Below, piece after piece: positions 26,293-39,318 of a stretch of DNA of 64,000 nucleotides. The number at the start of each line of letters is the position of its first letter. Position 1 is the stretch's first letter. The notes under the pieces are model-generated. The model was not told the origin of the DNA and did no database searches. It was given only the letters and a program-made list of their open reading frames with translations. The position numbers were made by a program, and so were the translations under genes. The stretch is from Eledone cirrhosa (lineage: Eukaryota): the NCBI GenBank assembly GCA_964016885.1, contig OZ024741.1, forward strand, positions 255,378,001 to 255,442,000, in the 5' to 3' direction.

Positions 26293-27469
26293 GAGTGTTT
26301 TGACTTACGGGTGTTTTGACATACGAGTGTTTCGATACGAGTGTTCTGACTTACGAGTGTTCTGACTTACGAGTGTTTTGACTTACGAGTGTTCTGACTT
26401 ACGAGTGTTCCGACTTACGAGTGTTCCGACTTACAAGTGTTTCGGCTTACGAGTGTTTCCGGCTTACGAGTGTTTCGACTTCCGAGTGTTTTGACTTACG
26501 GTGTTTCGGCTTACGAGTGATTCGACTTACGAGTGTTTTGACTTACGGGTGATTTGACTTACGGGTGTTGTGAATTACGAGTGTTCCGATTTACGAGTGT
26601 TTTGACTTACGGTGTTTCGGCTTACGAGTGATTCGACTTACGAATGTTTTGACTTACGGGTGTTTCGGCTTGCGAGTGTTTCGACTTACGAGTGTTTCGG
26701 CTTATGGGTGTTTCGACTTACTAATGTTTTTACTTACGAGTGTTTCGGCGTACGAGTGTTTTGACTTACGAGTGTTTCGACTTACGAGTGTTTCGACTTA
26801 CGAGTGTTTCGGCTTACGTGAGTTTCGACTTAAGAGTGTTCTGATTTACGAGTGTTCTGACTTGCGGGTGTTCTGATTTACGAGTGTTCCGACTTACGAG
26901 TGTTTCGGCTTATTAGTGTTTCGACTTACGAGTGTTTCGGCTTACGAGTGTTTCGACTTATGGGTGTTTCGACTTACGAGTGTTTTTACTTACGGTGATT
27001 CGGCTTACGAGTGTTTCGACATACGAGTGTTTTGACTTACGGGTGTTTCGACTTACGAGTGTTTTGACTTACGAATGTTTTGACTTACGGGTGTTTCGGC
27101 TTACGAGTGTTTCGACTTACGAGTGTTTCGGCTTACGAGTGTTTCGACTTACTAATGTTCTTACGAGTGTTTCGGCGTACGAGAGTTTTCACTTACGAGT
27201 GTTTCGACTTACGAGTGTTTCGACTTACGAGTGTTTTGACTTACGAATGTTTTGACTTACGGGTGTTTCGGCTTACGAGTGTTTCGACTTACTAATGTTT
27301 TTACTTACGAGTGTTTCGGCGTACGAGTGTTTCGACTTACGAGTGTTTCGACTTACGGGTGTTTTGACTTACGGGTGTTTCGGCTTACGAGTGTTTTGAC
27401 TTACGAGTGTTTTGACTTAAGGGTGTTTCGACTTACGAGAATTTTTGGCTTACGAGTGTTTCGACTTAC

Positions 27470-30370
27470 GAGTGTTTTGACTTACGAGTGTTCTGAATTA
27501 CGGATGTTTCGACATACGAGTGTTTCGACTTACGAGTGTTTCGACTTATGAGTGTTTCGACTTACGAGTGTTTCGGCTTATGAGTGTTTCGACTTACGAG
27601 TGCTTCGGCTTACGAGTGTTTCGACTTACGAGTATTTCGGCTTACGAGTGTTTCGACGTACGAATGTTTTGGCTTACGAGTGTTTCGGCTTATGAGTGTT
27701 TCGGCTTACGAGTGTTTCGACTTACGAGTGTTTCGGCTTACGAGTGTTTCAGTGATTCGGCTTACGTGTGTTTCGACTTACGAGTGTTTCGACTTACGAC
27801 TGTTTCGGCTTACGAGTGTTTCGGCTTACGAGTGTTTCGACTTACGAGTGTTTTGACTTACGAATGTTTTGACTTACGGGTGTTTCGGCTTACGAGTGTT
27901 TCGACTTACGAGTCTTTCGGCTTACGAGTGTTTCGACTTACTGATGTTTTTACTTACGAGTGTTTCGGCGTACGAGTGTTTCGACTTACGAGTGTTTCGA
28001 CTTACGGGTGTTTTGACTTACGGGTGTTTCGGCTTACGAGTGTTTTGACTTACGAGTGTTTTGACTTAAGGGTGTTTCGGCTTACGAGTATTTTTGGCTT
28101 ACGAGTGTTTCGACTTACGAGTGTTTTGAGTTACGAGTGTTCTGATTTACGGATGTTTCGACATACGAGTGTTTCGACTTACGAGTGTTTCGACTTACTA
28201 ATGTTCTTACTTACGAGTGTTTCGGCGTACGAGAGTTTTGACTTACGAGTGTTTCGACTTACGAGTGTTTCGACTTACGAGTGTTTTGACTTACGAATGT
28301 TTTGACTTACGGGTGTTTCGGCTTACGAGTGTTTCGACTTACGAGTCTTTCGGCTTACGAGTGTTTCGACTTACTAATGTTTTTACTTACGAGTGTTTCG
28401 GCGTACGAGTGTTTCGACTTCCGATTGTTTCGACTTACGGGTGTTTTGACTTACGGGTGTATCGGCTTACGAGTGTTTTGACTTACGAGTGTTTTGACTT
28501 AAGGGTGTTTCGACTTACGAGTATTTTTGGCTTACGAGTGTTTCGACTTACGAGTGTTTTGACTTACGAGTGTTCTGCTTTACGGATGTTTCGACATACG
28601 AGTGTTTCGACTTACGAGTGTTTCGACTTATGAGTGTTTCGACTTACGAGTGTTTCGACTTACGAGTGTTTCGGCTTGTGATTGTTTCGACTTACGAGTG
28701 TTTTGACTTACGGTGTTTCAGCTTACGAGTGTTTCGACTTACGAGTGTTTTGACTTCCGAATGTTTTGACTTACGGGTGTTTCGGCTTACGAGTGTTTCG
28801 ACTTACGAGTGTTTCGGCTTGCGAGTGTTTCGACTTACTAATGTTTTTACTTACGAGTGTTTCGGCGTACGAGTGTTTCGACTTACGAGTGTTTCGGATT
28901 ACGAGTGTTTTGACTTCAGGGTGTTTCGACTTACGAGTGTTTCGATACGAGTGTTTCGACTTACGAGTGTTCTGACTTACGAGTATTCTGATTTACGGAT
29001 GTTTCGACACACGAGTGTTTCGAATTACGAGTGTTTCGACTTACGAGTGTTTTGACTTACCGGTGTTTTGACATACGAGTGTTTCGATACGAGTGTTTCG
29101 ACTTATGAGTGTTTCGACTTACGAGTGTTCTGACTTACGAGTGTTCTGACTTACGAGTGTTCTGATTTACGGATGTTTCGACACACGAGTGTTTCGATAC
29201 TAGTGTTTCGACTTACGAGTGTTTCGACTTATGAGTGTTTCGACTTACGAGTGTTCTGACTTACGAGTGTTCTGACCTACGAGTGCTTCGACTTACGAGT
29301 GTTTCGGTTTACGAGTGTTTCGACATACGAGTGTTTTTACTTACGAGTGTTTCGGTGTACGAATGTTTTGACTTAAGGATGTTTCGACTTACGAGTGTTT
29401 CGACTTACGAGTGTTTCGGCTTACGTGAGTTTCGACTTAAGAATGTTCTGATTTACGAGTGTTCTGACTTACGAGTGTTTCGGCTTATGAGTGTTTCGAC
29501 TTACGAGTGTTTTGACTTACGAGTGTTCTGATTTACGGATGTTTCGACATACGAGTGTTTCGACTTACGAGTGTTTCGACTTATGAGTGTTTCGACTTAC
29601 GAGTGTTTCGGCTTATGAGTGTTTCGACTTACGAGTGCTTCGGCTTACGAGTGTTTCGACTTACGAGTATTTCGGCTTACGAGTGTTTCGACGTACGAAT
29701 GTTTTGGCTTACGAGTGTTTCGGCTTATGAGTTTTTCGGCTTACGAGTGTTTCGACTTACGAGTGTTTCGGCTTACGAGTGTTTCAGTGATTCGGCTTAC
29801 GTGTGTTTCGACTTACGAGTGTTTCGACTTACGACTGTTTCGGCTTACGAGTGTTTCGGCTTACGAGTGTTTCGACTTACGAGTGTTTTGACTTACGAAT
29901 GTTTTGACTTACAGGTGTTTCGGCTTACGAGTGTTTCGACTTACGAGACTTTCGGCTTACGAGTGTTTCGACTTACTAATGTTTTTACTTACGAGTGTTT
30001 CGGCGTACGAGTGTTTCGACTTACGAATGTTTCGACTTACGGGTGTTTTGACTTACGGGTGTTTCGGCTTACGAGTGTTTTGACTTACGAGTGTTTTGAC
30101 TTAAGGGTGTTTCGACTTACGAGTATTTTTGGCTTACGAGTGTTTCGACTTACGAGTATTTTGAGTTACGAGTGTTCTGATTTACGGATGTTTCGACATA
30201 CGAGTGTTTCGACTTACGAGTGTTTCGACTTACTAATGTTCTTACTTACGAGTGTTTCGGCGTACGAGAGTTTTGGCTTACGAGTGTTTCGACTTACGAG
30301 TGTTTCGACTTACGAGTGTTTTGACTTACGAATGTTTTGACTTACGGGTGTTTCGGCTTACGAGTGTTTC
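27470..30370 (+). repeat. Dispersed duplication of about 0.85 kb, offset 2035 bp
   Basis: ORF pairs 27520/29555 and 27584/29619. Shared rare variants TTCAGTGATTCGG (~27750/~29785) and TTTTGAGTTAC (~28125/~30160). Confidence 0.8.
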
Positions 30371-31694
30371 GACTTACGAGTGTTTTGACTTACGAGTGTT
30401 CTGATTTACGGATGTTTCGACATACGAGTGTTTCGACTTACGAGTGTTTCGACTTATGAGTGTTTCGACTTACGAGTGTTTCGGCTTATGAGTGTTTCGA
30501 CTTACGAGTGCTTCGGCTTACGATTGTTTCGACTTACGAGTATTTCGGCTTACGAGTGTTTCGACGTACGAATGTTTTGGCTTACGAGTGTTTCGGCTTA
30601 TGAGTGTTTCGGCTTACGAGTGTTTCGACTTACGAGTGTTTCGGCTTACGAGTGTTTCAGTGTTTCGGCTTACGTGTGTTTCGACTTACGACTGTTTCGG
30701 CTTACGAGTGTTTCGGCTTACGAGTGTTTCGGCTTACGAGTGTTTTGACTTACGAGTGTTTTGACTTACGATTGTTTGGCTTACGAGTGTTCTGACTTAC
30801 GGGTGTTCTGACTTACGAATGTTCCGACTTACGAGTGTTTCGGCTTATGAGGGTTTCGACTTACGAGTGCTTCGGCTTACGAGTGTTTCGACTTACGAGT
30901 GTTTCGGCTTACGAGTGTTTCGACTTACGAGTGTTTCGACTTACGAGTGTTTTGACTTACGGTGTTTCGGCTTACGAGTGTTTCGACATACGAGTGTTTT
31001 GACGTACGGGTGTTTCGACTTACGGGTCTTTCGACTTAAGAGTGTTTCGACTTACGAGCGCTTCGACTTACGAGTGTTTCGACTTACGAGTGTTTCGGCG
31101 TATGATTGTTTTGACTTACGAGTGTTTCGACTTACGAGTGTTTCGACTTACGAGTGTTTCGAATTACGAGTGTTTCGACTTACGAGTGTTTTGACTTACG
31201 AGTGTTTTGACTTCGGTGTTTCTGCTTACGAGTGTTTCGACTTACGAGTGTTATGACTTACGGGTGTTTTCACATACGAGTGTTTCGACTTACGAGTGTT
31301 TTGACTTACGGGTGTTTTGACATACGAGTGTTTCGATACGAGTGTGCTGACTTACGAGTGTTCTGACTTACGAGTGTTCTGACTTACGAGTGTTTCGACA
31401 TACGAGTGTTTTGACTTACGGGTGTTTCGACTTACGAGTGTTTTCACTTACGAATGTTTTGACTTACGGGTGTTTCGGCTTTCGAGTGTTTCGACTTACG
31501 AGTGTTTCGGCTTACGAGTGTTTCGACTTACTAATATTTTTACTTACGAGTGTTTCGGCGTACGAGAGTTTTGACTTACGAGTGTTTCGACTTACGAGTG
31601 TTTCGACTTACGAGTATTTTGACTTACGAATGTTTTGACTTACGGGTATTTCGGCTTACGAGTGTTTCGACTTACGAGTCTTTCGGCTTAAGAG

Positions 31695-33530
31695 TGTTTC
31701 GACTTACTAATGTTTTTACTTACGAGTGTTTCGGCGTACGAGTGTTTCGACTTCCGAGTGTTTCGACTTACGGGTGTTTTGACTTACGGGTGTATCGGCT
31801 TACGAGTGTTTTGACTTACGAGTGTTTTGACTTAAGGGTGTTTCGACTTACGAGTATTTTTGGCTTACGAGTGTTTCGACTTACGAGTGTTTTGACTTAC
31901 GAGTGTTCTGATTTACGGATGTTTCGACATACGAGTGTTTCGACTTACGAGTGTTTCGACTTATGAGTGTTTCGACTTACGAGTGTTTCGACTTACGAGT
32001 GTTTCGGCTTGTGATTGTTTCGACTTACGAGTGTTTTGACTTACGGTGTTTCAGCTTACGAGTGTTTCGACTTACGAGTGTTTTGACTTACGGGTGTTTT
32101 GACATACGAGTGTTTCGATACGAGTGTTCTGACTTACGAGTGTTCTGACTTACGAGTGTTTTGACTTACGAGTGTTCTGACTTACGAGTGTTCCAACTTA
32201 CGAGTGTTCCGACTTACGAGTGTTTCGGCTTACGAGTGTTTTGACTTAAGGGTGTTTCGACTTACGAGTGTTTCGATACGAGTGTTTCGACTTACGAGTG
32301 TTTCGGCTTACGAGTGTTTCGACTTACGAGTGTTTCGACTTACGAGTGTTCCGACTTACGGGTGTTTCGACTTACGAGTGTTTTGGCTTACAGTGTTTCG
32401 ACTTACGAGTGTTTCGAGTTAGGAGTGTTTTGACTTACTAGTGTTCTGATTTACGAGTGTTCTGACTTACGAGTGTTCTGACTTACGAGTGTTCTGACTT
32501 ACGAGTGTTCTGACTTACGAGTGTTCCGAATTTACGAGTGTTTCGGCTCACGAGTGTTTCGGCTTACGAGTGTTTCGACTTACGAAAATAACAAATAGAC
32601 GCGGTTTCAAATCTCTATGCTTTTCAAATTCATTACATTAATCTTTATTTATACGTTTCGCTTTACGAGTGTTTAGACTTACGAGTGTTTCGACATACGA
32701 GTGTTTCGACTTACTAATGTTTTTACTTACGAGTGTTTCGGCGTACGAGTGTTTCGACTTCCGAGTGTTTCGACTTACGGGTGTTTTGACTTACGGGTGT
32801 ATCGGCTTACGAGTGTTTTGACTTACGAGTGTTTTGACTTAAGGGTGTTTCGACTTACGAGTATTTTTGGCTTACGAGTGTTTCGACTTACGAGTGTTTT
32901 GACTTACGAGTGTTCTGATTTACGGATGTTTCGACATACGAGTGTTTCGACTTACGAGTGTTTCGACTTATGAGTGTTTCGACTTACGAGTGTTTCGACT
33001 TACGAGTGTTTCGGCTTGTGATTGTTTCGACTTACGAGTGTTTTGACTTACGGTGTTTCAGCTTACGAGTGTTTCGACTTACGAGTGTTTTGACTTACGG
33101 GTGTTTTGACATACGAGTGTTTCGATACGAGTGTTCTGACTTACGAGTGTTCTGACTTACGAGTGTTTTGACTTACGAGTGTTCTGACTTACGAGTGTTC
33201 CAACTTACGAGTGTTCCGACTTACGAGTGTTTCGGCTTACGAGTGTTTTGACTTAAGGGTGTTTCGACTTACGATTTTTTCGATACGAGTGTTTCGACTT
33301 ACGAGTGTTTCGGCTCACGAGTGTTTCGACTTACGAGTGTTTCGACTTACGAGTGTTCCGACTTACGGGTGTTTCGACTTACGAGTGTTTTGGCTTACGG
33401 TGTTTCGACTTACGAGTGTTTCGAGTTAGGAGTGTTTTGACTTACGAGTGTTCTGATTTAAGAGTGTTCTGACTTACGAGTGTTCTGACTTACGAGTGTT
33501 CTGACTTACGAGTGTTCTGACTTACGAGTG
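31695..33530 (+). repeat. Duplication of about 0.83 kb, offset 1007 bp, flanking insert copy 5
   Basis: ORF pairs 31951/32958 and 32204/33211. Shared rare variants TTCCAACTTAC and TTCGAGTTAGGAG. Confidence 0.85.
32586..32654. repeat. 69-bp AT-rich insert, copy 5 (ATGCTTTT allele)
   Basis: Direct match to the insert sequence. Confidence 0.95.
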
Positions 33531-33927
33531 TTCCGACTTACGAGTGTTTCGGCTTATGAGTGTTTCGACTTACGAGTGCTTCGACTTACGAGTGTTTCGG
33601 CTTACGGGTGTTTCGACTTATGAATGTTTTTGCTTACGAGTGTTTCGGCTTACGAGTGTTTCGGCTTATGAGTGTTTCGACTTACGAGTGTTTTGACTTA
33701 CGGGTGTTTCGACTTACGAGTGTTTTGGCTTACGGTGTTTCGACTTACGAGTGTTTCGAGTTAAGAGTGTTTTGACTTACGAGTGTTCTGATTTACGAGT
33801 GTTCTGACTTACGAGTGTTCTGACTTACGAGTGTTCTGACTTACGAGTGTTCTGACTTACGAGTGTTCCGACTTTACGAGTGTTTCGGCTCACGAGTGTT
33901 TCGGCTTACGAGTGTTTCGACTTACGA

Positions 33928-33996
33928 AAATAACAAATAGACGCGGTTTCAAATCTCTATGCTTTTCAAATTCATTACATTAATCTTTATTTATAC
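33928..33996. repeat. 69-bp AT-rich insert, copy 6 (ATGCTTTT allele)
   Basis: Direct match to the insert sequence. Confidence 0.95.
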
Positions 33997-34759
33997 GTTT
34001 CGCTTTACGAGTGTTTAGACTTACGAGTGTTTCGACATACGAGTGTTTCGACTTACGAATGTTTTTGCTTACGGGTGTTTCGACTTACGAATGTTTTTGC
34101 TTACGAGTGTTTCGGTTTACGAGTGTTCCGACTTACGAGTGTTCCGACTTACGAGTGTTTCGGCTTACGAGTGTTTCCGGCTTACGAGTGTTTCAACTTA
34201 CGAGTATTCTGACTTACGAGTGTTCTGATTTACGGATGTTTCGACACACGAGTGTTTCGAATTACGAGTGTTTCGACTTACGAGTGTTTTGACTTACGGG
34301 TGTTTTGACATACGAGTGTTTCGATACGAGTGTTTCGACTTACGAGTGTTCTGACTTACGAGTGTTCTGACTTACGAGTGTTCTGACTTACGAGTGTTCT
34401 TACTTACGAGTGTTCCGACTTACAAGTGTTCCGACTTACGAGTGTTTCGGCTTACGAGTGTTTCGGCTTACGAGTGTTTCGACTTACGAATGTTTCGACT
34501 TACGAGTGTTCCGACTTACGGGTGTTTCGACTTACGAGTGTTTTGGCTTACGGTGTTTCGGCTTACGAGTGTTTCGAGTTACGAGTGTTTTGAATTACAC
34601 GTGTTTTGACATACGAGTGTTTCGATACGAGTGTTCTGACTTACGAGTGTTCTGACTTACGAGTGTTCTGACTTACGAGTGTTCCGACTTACGAGTGTTC
34701 CGACTTTACGAGTGTTTCGGCTCACTAGTGTTTCGGCTTACGAATGTTTCGACTTACGA

Positions 34760-34828
34760 AAATAACAAATAGACGCGGTTTCAAATCTCTATGCTTTTCA
34801 AATTCATTACATTAATCTTTATTTATAC
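34760..34828. repeat. 69-bp AT-rich insert, copy 7 (ATGCTTTT allele)
   Basis: Direct match; its internal ATG is the ORF-track start at 34791. Confidence 0.95.
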
Positions 34829-36200
34829 GTTTCGCTTTACAAGTGTTTCGACTTACGAGTGTTTCGACATACGAGTGTTTCGGCTTACGAGTGTTTTGAT
34901 TTACGAGTGTTTTGACTTACGGGTGCTTCGACTTACGCGTGTTTCGACTTACGAGTGTTTCGACTTACGAGTGTTTCGACTTACGAGTGTTTCGGCTTAC
35001 GAGTGTTTTGACTTACGAATGTTTTGACTTACGATTGTTTCGGCTTACGAGTGTTTCGACTTACGAGTGTTCTGACTACGAGTGTTCTGACTTACGGGTG
35101 TTCTGACTTACGAGTGTTCCGACTTACGAGTGTTTCGGCTTATGAGTGTTTCGACTTACGAGTGCTTCGACTTACGAGTGTTTCGGCTTACGGGTGTTTC
35201 GACTTATGAATGTTTTTGCTTACGAGTGTTTCGGCTTACGAGTGTTTCGGCTTATGAGTGTTTCGACTTACGAGTGTTTTGACTTACGGGTGTTTTGACA
35301 TACGAGTGTTTCGATACGATTGTTCTGACTTACGAGTGTTTCCGCTTACGAGTGTTTCGGCTTACGAGTGTTTCGACTTACTAATGTTTTTACTTACGAG
35401 TGTTTCGGTGTACGAGTGTTTCGACTTAAGGATGTTTCGACTTACGAGTGTTTCGACTTACGAGTGTTTCGACTTACGAGTGTTTCGACTTACGAGTGTT
35501 TTGGCTTACGAATGTTTTGACTTACGGGTGTTTCGACTTACGAGTGTTTCGGCTTATGAGTGTTTCGACTTACGGGCGTTTCGAAGTACGGGTGTTTCGA
35601 CTTACGAGTGTTTTGGCTTACGAATGTTTTGACTTACGGGTGTTTCGACTTACGAGTGTTTCGACTTATGAGAGTTTCGACTTACGAGTGTTTCGGCTTA
35701 TGAGTGTTTCGACTTACGAGTGCTTCGGCTTACGAGTGTTTCGACTTACGAGTATTTCGGCTTACGAGTGTTTCGACGTACGAATGTTTTGGCTTACGAG
35801 TGTTTCGGCTTATGAGTGTTTCGGCTTACGAGTGTTTCGACTTACGAGTGTTTCGGCTTACGAGTGTTTCAGTGTTTCGGCTTACGTGTGTTTCGACTTA
35901 CGAGTGTTTCGACTTACGACTGTTTCGGCTTACGAGTGTTTCGGCTTACGAGTGTTTCGGCTTACGAGTGTTTTGACTTACGATTGTTTGGCTTACGAGT
36001 GTTCTGACTTACGGGTGTTCTGACTTACAAGTGTTCCGACTTACGAGTGTTTCGGCTTATGAGGGTTTCGACTTACGAGTGCTTCGGCTTACGAGTGTTT
36101 CGACTTACGAGTGTTTCGGCTTACGAGTGTTTCGACTTACGAGTGTTTTGACTTACGGTGTTTCGGCTTACGAGTGTTTCGACATACGAGTGTTTTGACG

Positions 36201-39200
36201 TACGGGTGTTTCGACTTACGGGTCTTTCGACTTAAGAGTGTTTCGACTTACGAGCGCTTCGACTTACGAGTGTTTCGGCGTATGAGTGTTTTGACTTACG
36301 AGTGTTTCGACTTACGAGTGTTTCGACTTACGAGTGTTTCGAATTACGAGTGTTTCGACTTACGAGTGTTTTGACTTACGGGTGTTTTGACATACGAGTG
36401 TTTCGACTTACGAGTCTTTCGGCTTACGAGTGTTTCGACTTACTAATGTTTTTACTTACGAGTGTTTCGGCGTACGAGTGTTTCGACTTCCGAGTGTTTC
36501 GACTTACAGGTGTTTTGACTTACGGTTGTTTCGGCTTACGAGTGTTTTGACTTACGAGTGTTTTGACTTAAGGGTGTTTCGACTTACGAGTATTTTTGGC
36601 TTACGAGTGTTTCGACTTACGAGTGTTTTGACTTACGAGTGTTCTGATTTACGGATGTTTCGACATACGAGTGTTTCAACTTACGAGTGTTTCGACTTAT
36701 GAGTGTTTCGACTTACGAGTGTTTCGACTTACGAGTGTTTCGACTTACGAGTGTTTCGACTTACGAGTGTTTCGGCTTACGAGTGTTTTGACTTACGAAT
36801 GTTTTGACTTACGATTGTTTCGGTTTACGAGTGTTTCGACTTACGAGTGTTCTGACTACGAGTGTTCTGACTTACGGGTGTTCTGTCTTACGAGTGTTCC
36901 GACTTACGAGTGTTTCGGCTTATGAGTGTTTCGACTTACGAGTGCTTCGACTTACGAGTGTTTCGGCTTAAGGGTGTTTCGACTTACGAATGTTTTTGCT
37001 TACGAGTGTTTCGGCTTACGAGTGTTTCGGCTTATGAGTGTTTCGACTTACGAGTGTTTTGACTTACGGGTGTTTTGACATACGAGTGTTTCGATACGAT
37101 TGTTCTGACTTACGAGTGTTTCCGCTTACGAGTGTTTCGGCTTACGAGTGTTTCGACTTACTAATGTTTTTACTTACGAGTGTTTCGGTGTACGAGTGTT
37201 TCGACTTAAGGATGTTTCGACTTACGAGTGTTTCGACTTACGGGTGTTTCGACTTACGGGTCTTTCGACTTAAGAGTGTTTCGACTTACGAGCGCTTCGA
37301 CTTACGAGTGTTTCGGCGTATGAGTGTTTTGACTTACGAGTGTTTCGACTTACGAGTGTTTCGACTTACGAGTGTTTCGAATTACGAGTGTTTCGACTTA
37401 CGAGTGTTTTGACTTACGGGTGTTTTGACATACGAGTGTTTCGACTTACGAGTCTTTCGGCTTACGAGTGTTTCGACTTACTAATGTTTTTAATTACAAG
37501 TGTTTCGGCGTACGAGTGTTTCGACTTCCGAGTGTTTCGACTTACAGGTGTTTTGACTTACGGTTGTTTCGGCTTACGAGTGTTTTGACTTACGAGTGTT
37601 TTGACTTAAGGGTGTTTCGACTTACGAGTATTTTTGGCTTACGAGTGTTTCGACTTACGAGTGTTTTGACTTACGAGTGTTCTGATTTACGGATGTTTCG
37701 ACATACGAGTGTTTCGACTTACGAGTGTTTCGACTTATGAGTGTTTCGACTTACGAGTGTTTCGACTTACGAGTGTTTCGACTTACGAGTGTTTCGACTT
37801 ACGAGTGTTTCGGCTTACGAGTGTTTTGACTTACGAATGTTTTGACTTACGATTGTTTCGGTTTACGAGTGTTTCGACTTACGAGTGTTCTGATTACGAG
37901 TGTTCTGACTTACGGGTGTTCTGTCTTACGAGTGTTCCGACTTACGAGTGTTTCGGCTTATGAGTGTTTCGACTTACGAGTGCTTCGACTTACGAGTGTT
38001 TCGGCTTAAGGGTGTTTCGACTTACGAATGTTTTTGCTTACGAGTGTTTCGGCTTACGAGTGTTTCGGCTTATGAGTGTTTCGACTTACGAGTGTTTTGA
38101 CTTACGGGTGTTTTGACATACGAGTGTTTCGATACGATTGTTCTGACTTACGAGTGTTTCCGCTTACGAGTGTTTCGGCTTACGAGTGTTTCGACTTACT
38201 AATGTTTTTACTTACGAGTGTTTCGGTGTACGAGTGTTTCGACTTAAGGATGTTTCGACTTACGAGTGTTTCGACTTACGGGTGTTTCGACTTACGGGTC
38301 TTTCGACTTAAGAGTGTTTCGACTTACGAGCGCTTCGACTTACGAGTGTTTCGGCGTATGAGTGTTTTGACTTACGAGTGTTTCGACTTACGAGTTTTTC
38401 GACTTACGAGTGTTTCGAATTACGAGTGTTTCGACTTACGAGTGTTTTGACTTACGGGTGTTTTGACATACGAGTGTATCGACTTACGAGTCTTTCGGCT
38501 TACGAGTGTTTCGACTTACTAATGTTTTTACTTACGAGTGTTTCGGCGTACGAGTGTTTCGACTTCCGAGTGTTTCGACTTACAGGTGTTTTGACTTACG
38601 GTTGTTTCGGCTTACGAGTGTTTTGACTTACGAGTGTTTTGACTTAAGGGTGTTTCGACTTACGAGTATTTTTGGCTTACGAGTGTTTCGACTTACGAGT
38701 GTTTTGACTTACGAGTGTTCTGATTTACGGATGTTTCGACATACGAGTGTTTCGACTTACGAGTGTTTCGACTTATGAGTGTTTCGACTTACGAGTGTTT
38801 CGACTTACGAGTGTTTCGACTTACGAGTGTTTCGACTTACGAGTGTTTCGGCTTACGAGTGTTTTGACTTACGAATGTTTTGACTTACGATTGTTTCGGT
38901 TTACGAGTGTTTCGACTTACGAGTGTTCTGATTACGAGTGTTCTGACTTACGGGTGTTCTGTCTTACGAGTGTTCCGACTTACGAGTGTTTCGGCTTATG
39001 AGTGTTTCGACTTACGAGTGCTTCGACTTACGAGTGTTTCGGCTTAAGGGTGTTTCGACTTACGAATGTTTTTGCTTACGAGTGTTTCGGCTTACGAGTG
39101 TTTCGGCTTATGAGTGTTTCGACTTACGAGTGTTTTGACTTACGGGTGTTTTGACATACGAGTGTTTCGATACGATTGTTCTGACTTACGAGTGTTTCCG

Positions 39201-39318
39201 CTTACGAGTGTTTCGGCTTACGAGTGTTTCGACTTACTAATGTTTTTACTTACGAGTGTTTCGGTGTACGAGTGTTTCGACTTAAGGATGTTTCGACTTA
39301 CGAGTGTTTCGACTTACG
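36201..39318 (+). repeat. Three tandem copies of a 1038-bp higher-order unit
   Basis: ORF triplets 36302/37340/38378, 36430/37468/38506, 36671/37709/38747 and 37038/38076/39114. Shared rare variants TTACGGTTGTTTC and GGGTGTTCTGTCTTAC. Confidence 0.95.
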
